From the IMG/VR virus record IMGVR_UViG_3300045135_002615, positions 186,001 to 250,000 of that record: a stretch of 64,000 bases of DNA; one strand, given 5' to 3'. Position numbers and translations under genes: made by a program. Shown piece by piece: positions 29,390 to 38,335 of the stretch (positions are counted from its first letter, which is position 1; each line of letters opens with the position of its first letter). A model generated the notes under the pieces. The model ran no database searches, was not told the DNA's origin, and was given only the letters and a program-made list of their open reading frames with translations.

Positions 29390-31036
29390 ATGTCTAGGTA
29401 TGACCGTTCAAATAAGTCTCGCAGGGCTATGGCTACACGTCGCCGTCGCTTTGCAAACTCTTCTATCCCTGGCTCAGACAACCTAGGTTGGGAGCACTTC
29501 GGACACCCCGCTGCTGGCGAGCAACCTGCTGTCGATGAGTATGGTTTTGATAGCGAGTTCGGTGAGGGCGTTCGCAAGGGTCCTTACAGCTCTGGTGCCG
29601 CTCCTGCCTCTTATGGTTGGTCTCCTGAGCACCCCGCTGCTTCAGACATGGTTCGTGAGGATTACGCCATGACTGAGACCCTCCGTAACGAGAACCTCAA
29701 GAAGGCTATGGAGCGTAAGGCAGCTAAGTGCATTGAGATTGCTGAGTCACGCCTCGGTAAATATGCGAGTGCCTCTGAGATTGAGGATCTTGCTCTTCGT
29801 TTCATGGATCTCCCCAACAGCGTTGTGAATGGTCGTGTCGCTTCTCTTCGTAATGCTGATAACGCTGTTCAGATGAACACAGGCTATGAGGGTCTTGACT
29901 TCACAGGTCCTGGTAACGCAGGTTCTGATCTTGAGGCAGACGAGTGGATGTCTGACGAGTTCGAGGCTGACATGGACATGATGGCTGATGAGCTTGAGGC
30001 AGACGAGTGGATGTCTGATGAGTTCGAGGCTGACATGGACATGATGGCTGATGAGTTCGAGGCTGATGAGCTTGAGGCTGACATGGACATGATGGCTGAG
30101 GACATTGAGGCACATGATCTCTTTGACGAGTATGACCTCGATGGTGATGACCTCATCTCCCGTGATGAGTGGGGCGGTAGCATGGGGGCGTTCGATGTAA
30201 TGGATCTTGATGAGGATGACTTCCTCTCTCGTGATGAGGTTGCTATGGGTCTAGGTGACTCTTTCGGCAACCCTTCACAGGCGGAGATGCTCGCTGAGGA
30301 GATTTCTAATCTTAAGCAAGCTAATGCCCGCCTCGCCCGTCAGGTTCGTAAGCTTGCCGATAACGCAGTTCAGCAAGCTACGGACTACACCGTAGAGGAC
30401 TTCAGCGATCCTATCGACACTACACCTGAGTCTGAGGAGGGTGAGGGCACTCCTACTCAGCGTCTTGCCCGTCTTGAGCGTCTCGCATCTGTACTCGCAG
30501 ATTACATGGGAGAGCTTGAGGCTGAGGAGGAGATGTCTGACATGAATGATCCTCACTACGGCTACTCAAAGGCAGCAGGTGATGAGCCCGAAGAGGAAGA
30601 GGGTGACGATGAGGATCTTGAGGAAGATGCCAAGAATGTTGCAGAGACCGCAGAAGATCCTAAGTCTGAGAAGAAGGCTTCTGAGGATCTTGAGGAAGAG
30701 GAGGCTGAGGAAGAGGAGACTGAGTCTGAGAAGAAGGCTTCTGACGACAACATGGGTCTCGATGTAGAGGACGGTGACATGGAGATTGATCCTCGTCTTG
30801 CTTCTATCTTCACCGCTTCTGACGAGGAAGAGGCTGAGGAAGAGGAGGCTGAGGAAGAGGAGACTGAGGGAGAGGAGCCTAAGTCTGAGAAGAAGGCTTC
30901 TTACAAGCCCGCTATCAATACTCGTCAGGCAAGTGTTAAGACCCTCGGTAACATCAGCCGTGAGGCTTCTGCTTCTTCTGATGAGCTCAGCAAGCTTTGG
31001 GCTTCAGCTCCTGACGTGAGCAAGTTCTTCGGTTAA
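29390..31036 (+). CDS. Capsid scaffolding protein with EF-hand pair
   Basis: Highly acidic, coiled coils, between protease and capsid genes; many [KR]xAS sites. Confidence 0.75.
   Translation: MSRYDRSNKSRRAMATRRRRFANSSIPGSDNLGWEHFGHPAAGEQPAVDEYGFDSEFGEGVRKGPYSSGAAPASYGWSPEHPAASDMVREDYAMTETLRNENLKKAMERKAAKCIEIAESRLGKYASASEIEDLALRFMDLPNSVVNGRVASLRNADNAVQMNTGYEGLDFTGPGNAGSDLEADEWMSDEFEADMDMMADELEADEWMSDEFEADMDMMADEFEADELEADMDMMAEDIEAHDLFDEYDLDGDDLISRDEWGGSMGAFDVMDLDEDDFLSRDEVAMGLGDSFGNPSQAEMLAEEISNLKQANARLARQVRKLADNAVQQATDYTVEDFSDPIDTTPESEEGEGTPTQRLARLERLASVLADYMGELEAEEEMSDMNDPHYGYSKAAGDEPEEEEGDDEDLEEDAKNVAETAEDPKSEKKASEDLEEEEAEEEETESEKKASDDNMGLDVEDGDMEIDPRLASIFTASDEEEAEEEEAEEEETEGEEPKSEKKASYKPAINTRQASVKTLGNISREASASSDELSKLWASAPDVSKFFG
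29933..30100 (+). repeat. 63-bp tandem repeats (EADEWMSDEFEADMDMMADEL)
   Basis: Units start at 29933 and 29996, plus a partial third. Confidence 0.9.
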
Positions 31037-31053
31037 TCTTGAAAGGGGCTTCA

Positions 31054-31066
31054 ATAGTCCTTTTAT
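31054..31066 (+). promoter_or_regulatory. ATA-N5-TTTAT element for the decoration/capsid operon
   Basis: TCAATAGTCCTTTTAT, identical to the copy at 27354. Confidence 0.7.
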
Positions 31067-31187
31067 AGTCTCACGCTATACTGATGGAAACATCCAACTC
31101 GGGGTTAGGGTCACAACCCACCTCAATCTAACAACAAACACACTACTCTCTTGAAAACAGAGAGTATGAGCACAATAGGAGATTACT

Positions 31188-31775
31188 ATGGCTCTACTTG
31201 GACAAGCTAGTGGTGGGTTCACTGAGAGCAGCTCTGCTCTGCGTATTCTGCACGTTGGTGTTCGTAACACCCTCGGTCAGCTCACCGCAGATAGCTTCAC
31301 TCAGTCTAACCCCAAGTTTACAACCGATGTTGACCGCATCTCAGCCGCACCTGGCCTTCTAACAGGCGTCTTCGGTGTCCTTAGCGGTTCTATCGCCTTC
31401 ACTCGCGGTGACGAGGGTGCGAGCTTCCACGGTGGTCCTACCGCCGCAGCAGGTCGTGCTCACACTGAGCGTGTTCTCGGCGTGTTCATCAACAACGCAA
31501 GCGGTAACGCTTTCGAGAACCAGCCTGGCGTTGCAAGCAACAAGGGTCCTTATGTCTCTGCACAGGGTAGCTACGCTAACCGCCTCTATGAGACATCTCA
31601 GACCGGTGCTGATGTTGCTCTTACCTATGCTTCAGGTGACAGCCTCTACGCTTCTATCAATGGTTTCCTTACCAATGACACCAACCAGCGTCACACGGAT
31701 ACCACTGAGATCGCCATCCTCAAGATTGCTCCCGACTCTACGTCTGACGAGCTAGTTTACGACCAGCGTATCTGA
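31188..31775 (+). CDS. Capsid decoration/cement protein
   Basis: Gly/Ala/Ser-rich, VLGVFIN...ASNK, immediately upstream of the capsid gene, biased codons. Confidence 0.7.
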   Translation: MALLGQASGGFTESSSALRILHVGVRNTLGQLTADSFTQSNPKFTTDVDRISAAPGLLTGVFGVLSGSIAFTRGDEGASFHGGPTAAAGRAHTERVLGVFINNASGNAFENQPGVASNKGPYVSAQGSYANRLYETSQTGADVALTYASGDSLYASINGFLTNDTNQRHTDTTEIAILKIAPDSTSDELVYDQRI

Positions 31776-31795
31776 TAGATAAAGGAGTATATATC

Positions 31796-32674
31796 ATGAG
31801 CAATACCGTAGATAACAGCGTTAAGAACAAGATCATCAGCGACTTCATCAAGACCCCTCAGGGTCGTGCTAAGCTCGCTGCTTCAATGACTCAGCCCCTC
31901 CGCCTCCGCCGTGACTATACATCAGTCGGCCGTAAGACCTTCCAGGTCGAGCAGCTTCCTGATGGAGCACTCCCCATCTACGACAAGGATCCCGATGTGA
32001 CCGCATTTGTCGTTGGTGAGGAAGGCGAGAACATCCTCGCTATCACCAAGCCACGCCGTGTGATCTTCCCTCTCTTCGAGATCGCATCTAACCCTGAGAT
32101 TCCCCTCACACAGATCAAGGAGCGTAGATTCGACCTCATCGAGCGTGCTCAGGATCTCGCTAGGGCTCAGATTCAGGCGGCTGAGGACGAGCGTGTGTTC
32201 GCTATACTCGATGCCGTTGCAGCTAACGGCTTCGACAGCGTTGCAGGTCAGACTAACGCTGACATCCCTGTCATCGCTCCTCTCAATGGTGCTGTCCTCG
32301 CTGACGCATTCGCACAGATCGAGCGTCACGACCTTCGCGTTGCCCGCGTATTCATGAACGCTCGTGACTACGCTGACATCCGTAAGTTCGGCCGTGATAT
32401 TCTCGACATCGAGAGCCAGGCTGCTCTCCTCAAGACTGGTCTTCAGGCTACTCTTTGGGGTGCTCAGATCATCACATCACGTCTCGTGCCTGTCGGTACG
32501 GTGTACGTCTGCTGTGAGCCTGAGATGTTCGGACGTATCCCCGTTCGTACTGAGCTCACCGTCCTCTCTGCTGACGATCCTAAGGCTCGTACAATTGGCT
32601 TCAGCGTCTTTGAGAATTTGGGCATTGGTGCCTACAACCCTCGCGGTCTAGTCCGCCTCACTGTTACTCGCTAA
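31796..32674 (+). CDS. Major capsid protein (HK97 fold)
   Basis: 292 aa; strongest codon bias; module position; GRAKLAASM..PLR...DY..VGRK, WGAQI, C-terminal NPRG; followed by a terminator. Confidence 0.88.
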   Translation: MSNTVDNSVKNKIISDFIKTPQGRAKLAASMTQPLRLRRDYTSVGRKTFQVEQLPDGALPIYDKDPDVTAFVVGEEGENILAITKPRRVIFPLFEIASNPEIPLTQIKERRFDLIERAQDLARAQIQAAEDERVFAILDAVAANGFDSVAGQTNADIPVIAPLNGAVLADAFAQIERHDLRVARVFMNARDYADIRKFGRDILDIESQAALLKTGLQATLWGAQIITSRLVPVGTVYVCCEPEMFGRIPVRTELTVLSADDPKARTIGFSVFENLGIGAYNPRGLVRLTVTR

Positions 32675-32715
32675 TAGCTTGTAACTAGCTGATTTAGTTC
32701 AGCTAAGAGGGTTTC

Positions 32716-32760
32716 AAAGCCCCCCCCCGATCTCCTTAGATGGAGGTCGGGGGGTTTTTC
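32716..32760 (+). terminator. Intrinsic terminator
   Basis: C-run-GATCTCC / GGAGGTC-G-run stem followed by a T tract. Confidence 0.8.
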
Positions 32761-32961
32761 GTTTGTATGTGGGGAGAACCTTAGTAGTTTCTATCAGTAA
32801 AAAACGCCCCCCCGATACAGCCATTGATAGAAGGAGCTGAATGACCCTTTAACATCATTAGAGTCACGGGCTACACGGTATGCCTCAAATATTTATAGTT
32901 TATCCATTACTGCTACTATAAGTAATTGTAGGTAAACTATTTCACAACAAAGGAGGACATC

Positions 32962-33216
32962 ATGTCTTTAGATAAAAGAAAACTAGAAGAAGTCTTTGGA
33001 GAAGCTGAGATGGCATTTTGGGATGCTGTCGCATCGTCTTTTCCTGAAATCAAAAGTGGAGATCTCTCTCCATCTGACTCTGCCAAACTTGAAAAAGCCA
33101 TGAAAGAGGCAATCCAATCTTGGTATGTGGGCAATCAGCCTGCGGGTGAATCAACCAGCCAGATTGTCCGTAATCTTGAGCGTAGGGTTGCCCGACTCGA
33201 AAAGTCATCAAGGTAA
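32962..33216 (+). CDS. Small protein with C-terminal coiled-coil tag
   Basis: AGGAGG RBS; IVRNLERRVARLEK. Confidence 0.75.
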   Translation: MSLDKRKLEEVFGEAEMAFWDAVASSFPEIKSGDLSPSDSAKLEKAMKEAIQSWYVGNQPAGESTSQIVRNLERRVARLEKSSR

Positions 33217-33301
33217 TCGGAAATACATTTGTTCTCTTTTGTGGTTTTTCGCCATCCACAGATGGTTGATAGAAACTACTAAGGAGAACCTTAGATCAAG
33301 C

Positions 33302-33348
33302 AAAAAAAAGCTCCTCCACTTCCCTTAGATGGAAGCGGAGGAGCTTTT
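33302..33348. terminator. Bidirectional terminator
   Basis: AAAAGCTCCTCC...GGAGGAGCTTTT. Confidence 0.8.
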
Positions 33349-33374
33349 AGCTCAAGGTTAAGAGTGTTGTTTTC

Positions 33375-33707
33375 TTAGCGGAGAGTGGTGTCGCGGATGA
33401 TTCGAGCCGTCAGCTCTGCATTCTCAGCCTCGTCAATAGCGATCTCCGCGAGGAGGAGGTCACTCTTGTCAATAGAGATGGTCTCGCAGTCACGAAGCTC
33501 AAGCTCATCCGCCTGAGCCTCGCTTGACTCGCTGAGGAGGATGATCTCCCTAGCGAGACGATCACTAGTGCAGATGGTGATCTCTTGTGTAGACTGCAAT
33601 GACTCAGTAATCTCAAGGCTGAGGGAGGTGAGCGAGCAGAGGAGGGCGGCGGTGGCGGTCAAAAGTAAGCGGAGAGCGATGTCGCTGATTAAGGAGATGA
33701 TGGTCAT
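33375..33707 (-). CDS. Small exported or membrane-anchored acidic protein
   Basis: Hydrophobic N-terminus; IC....LARE...LELxDCE shared with its neighbour; own leader and terminator. Confidence 0.75.
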   Translation of the reverse strand: MTIISLISDIALRLLLTATAALLCSLTSLSLEITESLQSTQEITICTSDRLAREIILLSESSEAQADELELRDCETISIDKSDLLLAEIAIDEAENAELTARIIRDTTLR

Positions 33708-33822
33708 AGTTGTTTCCCTTTACTTGTGGGTTGTTGTTGTTGTTACAATCATATATCAATGCCGATTGAGGGGGGTGTTTTCCACCCTAATTGGGTTTAA
33801 AATATCTTTACTGCTAGGTTAA

Positions 33823-33867
33823 TAAAAAAGCCCCTCACTTCTCAGATTAAGGAAGTGAGGGGCTTTT
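33823..33867 (-). terminator. Intrinsic terminator
   Basis: AAAAGCCCCTCACTT...AAGTGAGGGGCTTTT. Confidence 0.8.
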
Positions 33868-33895
33868 GGATCAGTAGAGAGGCCACTTAAGAAAA

Positions 33896-34177
33896 TCAGT
33901 AGAGGGTCTGAGAGTAGGCTCGGAGAAGTCCGAGCTTCTCCTCCGCCTCCAAAATGGCGAGCCAAGAATAAAATGCCTCATAACTGTCTTCCACTTCAAT
34001 GATCTCGCAATCAGTTAGCTCAAGGGCTTCCCTTGTGCTCTCGTCTGATCGCCCGCTCAGGCTTACTCGCTCCCTGGCGAGCTCGCCTGAGTAACAGATC
34101 TCGATGGTGGTGTCTTGGGCGGAGGCGACTGAGGAGAGGGCGGTGAGGGCGAGAAGTGTAGTTAGAATGGTACGCAT
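33896..34177 (-). CDS. Small secreted acidic protein, paralogue of 33375-33707
   Basis: Signal peptide ending ASA|Q; two conserved Cys. Confidence 0.78.
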   Translation of the reverse strand: MRTILTTLLALTALSSVASAQDTTIEICYSGELARERVSLSGRSDESTREALELTDCEIIEVEDSYEAFYSWLAILEAEEKLGLLRAYSQTLY

Positions 34178-34299
34178 TGTTGTTTCCCTTTTGTGTGTTG
34201 TTGTTGCTTACAGGTATCAATGCCATCAGGGGGGGGTGTTTTTTTGGTTATTTATATATATACATTTGCATTAACCACCCTCTATTGGAGCAAAAAAAT

Positions 34300-34815
34300 A
34301 TGAGACACTTAACAGCAAGTCAGAAGATCGCTCACCTTGAGCATCGCCTCGCTCGTCTTGAAAGAAGAGCTACGCATTGGACTGATGTCTACCATCCGAG
34401 TGAGATGGTAGACGGCTACGTTGATGATATGGGCTACGAGAAGTACCCACCCAGCTATAGCCAAGGACCGGTATGTGACTCTATAGCAAGAGAGATGAGT
34501 CGCCGCCTGAAAAGGAAGGGTTATAATATCCAACATATGCCTGATTGGGTTGGGTATAGGATTCACCTCCCTTTGAATGGGATCACTTATGAGATGATAA
34601 ACTCAGATACTGATCCAAGTCTACCTCTCTGTAAAGAGTTAGTTCTCCAGGTAATGAAGGACGCAGGTCTTAAGGGTCATGTGTACTACAGGAGAGGGTC
34701 TCACTACTACAGGAAAGAGCTTGCGGGGGGTCGCTGTCTCCTTAGTATTAGTTGCTCACAAGATGAGGGTCTGAGCTTTGATGTAGACAGGGTGATAACC
34801 CGACGTAGGAGATAA
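34300..34815 (+). CDS. Hypothetical protein with coiled-coil tag
   Basis: GGAG RBS; MRHLTASQKIAHLEHRLARLERRA. Confidence 0.8.
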   Translation: MRHLTASQKIAHLEHRLARLERRATHWTDVYHPSEMVDGYVDDMGYEKYPPSYSQGPVCDSIAREMSRRLKRKGYNIQHMPDWVGYRIHLPLNGITYEMINSDTDPSLPLCKELVLQVMKDAGLKGHVYYRRGSHYYRKELAGGRCLLSISCSQDEGLSFDVDRVITRRRR

Positions 34816-34868
34816 GGGGGTTATACTCCATTTATCACCACCACATCAGGCACCAACTAAAGGAGGAG

Positions 34869-35243
34869 ATGTCCATGAGACACTTAACAGCTAGTCAAAA
34901 AATCGCTCAACTTGAATCCCGTATCGCCCGTCTAGAGAAGCAAGCCTCTTTGAGAAGAGGTCTCGACAGGGAGGAGGAAACCGTCTTAGATGAAGTAATC
35001 CACCACTACAGACTCAGGCCACGAGACTATGAAGATGTCGAAATTAGTATTGAGGATCAGGTAGGGCGTGGGGAAGATAGGATCGTGCTCTATGAGGTGT
35101 CTCTTTTCAAAGAAGACGGGGATAGCTTTACTTGCTATGTCCTTTATGACGCTTACGAAGAATTGGTGGAAGGGTTTTACGATTACCAAGATGATTATGA
35201 AGCCCAAAGAGCCTTTGACTCACTAGTAGAGCGACACGCATAA
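34869..35243 (+). CDS. Acidic hypothetical protein with coiled-coil tag
   Basis: MRHLTASQKIAQLESRIARLEKQAS; motif at 34823-34835. Confidence 0.8.
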   Translation: MSMRHLTASQKIAQLESRIARLEKQASLRRGLDREEETVLDEVIHHYRLRPRDYEDVEISIEDQVGRGEDRIVLYEVSLFKEDGDSFTCYVLYDAYEELVEGFYDYQDDYEAQRAFDSLVERHA

Positions 35244-35420
35244 CCTAAAGGGTGAGACATACTCAACGAGTATGGGTATTTTTGATGGCGTTAACTCTCA
35301 GATATAGTTGCTGATAGCAACAGATACAGACACCCCTGATAGGGTTGGATGTAATAAAGACTCCGTAAGGGGTCTTTATCTATATAAGGGCTTTACACAC
35401 TTAACCTTTATGGAGACGAT

Positions 35421-36035
35421 ATGTCATTCACCTACTATGATGAGTACGCTGATTTTGAGCCTGCTCTTATCCCTGTTGATTTAGAGTTTTTCGCCACCGT
35501 ACAACGAGAGCTCACCTTGGACTTCCAAGTGTCCTCATTTTGCGACCTTTACAAGTCCGACCCCAATGATCAAAACCTGCCTTGCGTCTACCCTGCCCTC
35601 CGCCTGATTGGTGAGGATGTTGACTTTGAGAAGATCAAGCTCAACGTAGAGGGTGCTAACCTCGTGGCGACAGACTCCTATATGGAGGATGATTGTCGCG
35701 TGATGGTTTGGGTCTTTGCCCCGACCTCAACAGGCTATGCACAGATTCAGTATGGTGCAGCCTTAGAGGATAAGGCAAAGCTCACATGGTTCTCAACAGA
35801 CGACAACTCTTACTTGGTCTGCGACTTTGATGAGAACCCCGTAAGTGTCACGGATGCGAAGCTCGGTCTTTACCAAGAGATTTACACTCCTGAGAAGAAG
35901 GAGCTACGAGAGGACAACCGCAGGATTTTAGAGTTGCTGAAGAATACGGATAACGGTTTAGAGGTGTCCTCTTACCTTGAGTTGATTCAGCAAAATCTTG
36001 AGAAGATGAAAGAGTGTAACGGTTACACTTGCTGA
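35421..36035 (+). CDS. Acidic hypothetical protein
   Basis: GGAG RBS, 204 aa. Confidence 0.7.
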   Translation: MSFTYYDEYADFEPALIPVDLEFFATVQRELTLDFQVSSFCDLYKSDPNDQNLPCVYPALRLIGEDVDFEKIKLNVEGANLVATDSYMEDDCRVMVWVFAPTSTGYAQIQYGAALEDKAKLTWFSTDDNSYLVCDFDENPVSVTDAKLGLYQEIYTPEKKELREDNRRILELLKNTDNGLEVSSYLELIQQNLEKMKECNGYTC

Positions 36036-36418
36036 TCGGGTTCTGTACCCTCATCTTCAACAGAAGCCTCAGCTTCCTCAGAGGGAGTTGGGGCTTCTTC
36101 GTTTTCTGAGAACAGGGACGCCATCATCTCAGCCATCTTATCTTCGTCCATATCTTCCATTCCCTCGCCCCCAAAGAGACCCGCAAGGGGGTTATCTTGA
36201 CCTTGTAGCATCTCCTCGATGCCACCCTCTGTCTCGGCAGCCTTCATGAGCTTCTCCATATCAAGGTTTCCACCCATAAGGAGCTTCATCATCTCCATGA
36301 TGTCGTTCATGCCGAGTGGCTTCTCAAGCTCTTTACGCTCACGGGCTTTACGCTCCTTGCGGCGTTGCTTGATACGGATCTTCTTCTTGTGTGCGTTACG
36401 TTGTTTCTTGTTCATCAC
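36023..36418 (-). CDS. Hypothetical protein with basic N-terminus and Met/acid-rich C-terminus
   Basis: AAGGAGG RBS. Confidence 0.7.
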   Translation of the reverse strand: MMNKKQRNAHKKKIRIKQRRKERKARERKELEKPLGMNDIMEMMKLLMGGNLDMEKLMKAAETEGGIEEMLQGQDNPLAGLFGGEGMEDMDEDKMAEMMASLFSENEEAPTPSEEAEASVEDEGTEPDQQV

Positions 36419-36494
36419 ATACCTCCTTATCGGTGTCTTGTCTTATACCGATAGTATAAAGAGGTATATGGCAACACAGTACGGAGAGCGAACA

Positions 36495-37094
36495 ATGATA
36501 GAGATTAAGATAGGAGATTGCGTAGATCGCCTCAAAGACCTAGAGGACAACTCCGTTGACGCAATCATCTCAGACCCACCTTATGGTGTGAAGTATATGG
36601 AGAGTGGGTGGGACGATATAGGAGAAGGCTCGCAACAGAGAGAGTGGCACAGAGCTTGGTTGAAGGAAGCTCATAGGGTTCTTAAATGTGATGGTGTCCT
36701 CAAAGCGTTCTCTAGTGCTAAAACCCTGCATCATTTAACCTCTGCTATGGTCGAGGTAGGATTCGTAAACCTCTTAGTCGAGGCATGGGTTTACACAAGT
36801 GGTATGCCGACAGGAAACTACGATATGGCTAAAGGCATCGAGGCAACTATCCTGTTTGGAGACTCGAATAAATCAACATTCAAAAAACTTAAAGGGACTC
36901 GTAAAGAGGGCAAAACGGGGTATGCCAAACTTAGAGTAGAGCAAGGTACTAGAGCCACAGATTATGGTCTTTCATCTAGTGCATTTGACCTTGAGCCTCA
37001 AACTAAAGAGGGATCTCTTTACATGGGCTATGGTACTACCCTTAAGAAGTCATGGGAACCTATTTGTATCGGGGTTAAGAGATGTCACTCTTAA
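36495..37094 (+). CDS. Split methyltransferase, catalytic (DPPY) subunit copy A1
   Basis: SDPPY ... GYGTTLKKSWEPI; no FxGxG motif. Confidence 0.85.
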   Translation: MIEIKIGDCVDRLKDLEDNSVDAIISDPPYGVKYMESGWDDIGEGSQQREWHRAWLKEAHRVLKCDGVLKAFSSAKTLHHLTSAMVEVGFVNLLVEAWVYTSGMPTGNYDMAKGIEATILFGDSNKSTFKKLKGTRKEGKTGYAKLRVEQGTRATDYGLSSSAFDLEPQTKEGSLYMGYGTTLKKSWEPICIGVKRCHS

Positions 37095-37143
37095 CGATGA
37101 TGAAGGGGCTTCTCGGTTCTTTAAACAGTTCAAGAAAGAGTAA
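37093..37143 (+). pseudogene. Remnant 3' end of a middle (B) subunit
   Basis: Reads NDDEGASRFFKQFKKE*, matching the end of 37693-38301. Confidence 0.75.
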
Positions 37144-37146
37144 CTA

Positions 37147-37696
37147 ATGATAGAGATTAAGATAGGTGATTGTGTAGATCGCCTCAAAGACCTAGATGAC
37201 AACTCAGTTGATGCAATCATCTCTGACCCCCCTTATGGGCTCAAGTTTATGTCTAAAGGTTGGGATGACATAGGTGAGGGTAGTCAACAAAGGGAGTGGC
37301 ATAGGAAATGGTTAACCGAAGCTCATAGGGTTCTTAAACCTAATGGGGTACTCAAAGCCTTCTCAGGGTCGAGGACATTCCATCACCTGATAGGGATGAT
37401 GGAAGAGATAGGCTTCTCAGATTTATCCGTAGAGGCTTGGACATATGGTTCTGGCTTCCCCCAAATCACATAACGTGGCTCTTGGCATCGACAAGAAACG
37501 TGGTCACGGGAACAGGGGTCGGGCGATACCCACAGCGTCAAGGTATCAAGCCTCAGATAAAGAGGAGGAGAACAAGCTCACCTCAAACCCTGTGGAGGAG
37601 TACAGGGCTAAGACGGAAGCCTCCGCACCTTTTGAGGGATGGGGGACAGCTCTAAAACCCGCATGGGAGCCCATTTGCATAGGAGTTAAAAAATGA
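37147..37696 (+). CDS. Split methyltransferase, catalytic subunit copy A2; frameshift at a C5 run (37458-37462)
   Basis: SDPPY; YGSGFP|KSHN motif broken by one extra C; ends WGTALKPAWEPI. Confidence 0.8.
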
Positions 37697-38301
37697 TTAT
37701 CACGTTACTGAGAAAGCCCTTAGAGGGGAGCGTAGCAGATAACGCCCTTAAACATGGTTGTGGGGCTATCAACATAGATGGCACTAGGGTGGGTACAGAA
37801 GCTCGCTCTTACAAAGGTGCAGGTAAAACCGATAAGGTTTACTCTGAGAGTGGGGCAGGTATGTTAGACGGCAGAGGGAAAGATATGGAGTTCTCTGTAG
37901 AGGGTAGGTGGCCTGCTAACTTCATTCTTACTCACCTTGATGGCTGTGAAATAAAAGGCACTAAGAAAGTTAAATCGGGTACTGCTTATCAGGACAAGAG
38001 GGCGGGGATCAATCATGTATACAGTGCCAATTTGGGTCCAAATGTAAAGGGAAAAGCAGGGTATGCAGATGAGGAGGGGAAAGAGGAAGTGGCGGATTGG
38101 GCTTGTGTAGAGGGTTGCCCTGTCATAGAGCTTGACCAACAAAGTGGACATCTTAAAAGTACGACAAGAAAACCCACAGGAAATCCGATATACCCTACCT
38201 CAAACACCTCAGTCACATGGAACCCAAACAATGTGATGGACACATCACAACGAGGGTTCAATGATGAGGGCGGGGCTTCTCGGTTCTTCAAGCAGTTCTA
38301 A
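37693..38301 (+). CDS. Split methyltransferase, middle (variable, putative target-recognition) subunit B
   Basis: RKPL, GAINID, GRWPAN, GGASRFF. Confidence 0.8.
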   Translation: MIITLLRKPLEGSVADNALKHGCGAINIDGTRVGTEARSYKGAGKTDKVYSESGAGMLDGRGKDMEFSVEGRWPANFILTHLDGCEIKGTKKVKSGTAYQDKRAGINHVYSANLGPNVKGKAGYADEEGKEEVADWACVEGCPVIELDQQSGHLKSTTRKPTGNPIYPTSNTSVTWNPNNVMDTSQRGFNDEGGASRFFKQF

Positions 38302-38335
38302 TATCGCGGTATGCGATTACACTAAGGAGAGATAA

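Noticed and set aside
29747-31019. Several repetitive alternative-frame ORFs over the scaffold
   Set aside because: Shadows of biased acidic codons and repeats; no RBS
31796-32674. Cellular encapsulin locus
   Set aside because: Protease, scaffold, decoration, fibre and replication genes show a phage head module
32831-32852. Minigene MTL* after AAGGAG
   Set aside because: Three codons only; cannot be told from chance
34177-34299. Hydrophobic N-terminal extension of the 34300 gene
   Set aside because: It is the antisense leader and promoter of the neighbouring cassette; the RBS supports 34300
36219-36494. N-terminal extension of methyltransferase A1
   Set aside because: Antisense to 36023-36418; the paralogue begins at MIEIKIGD
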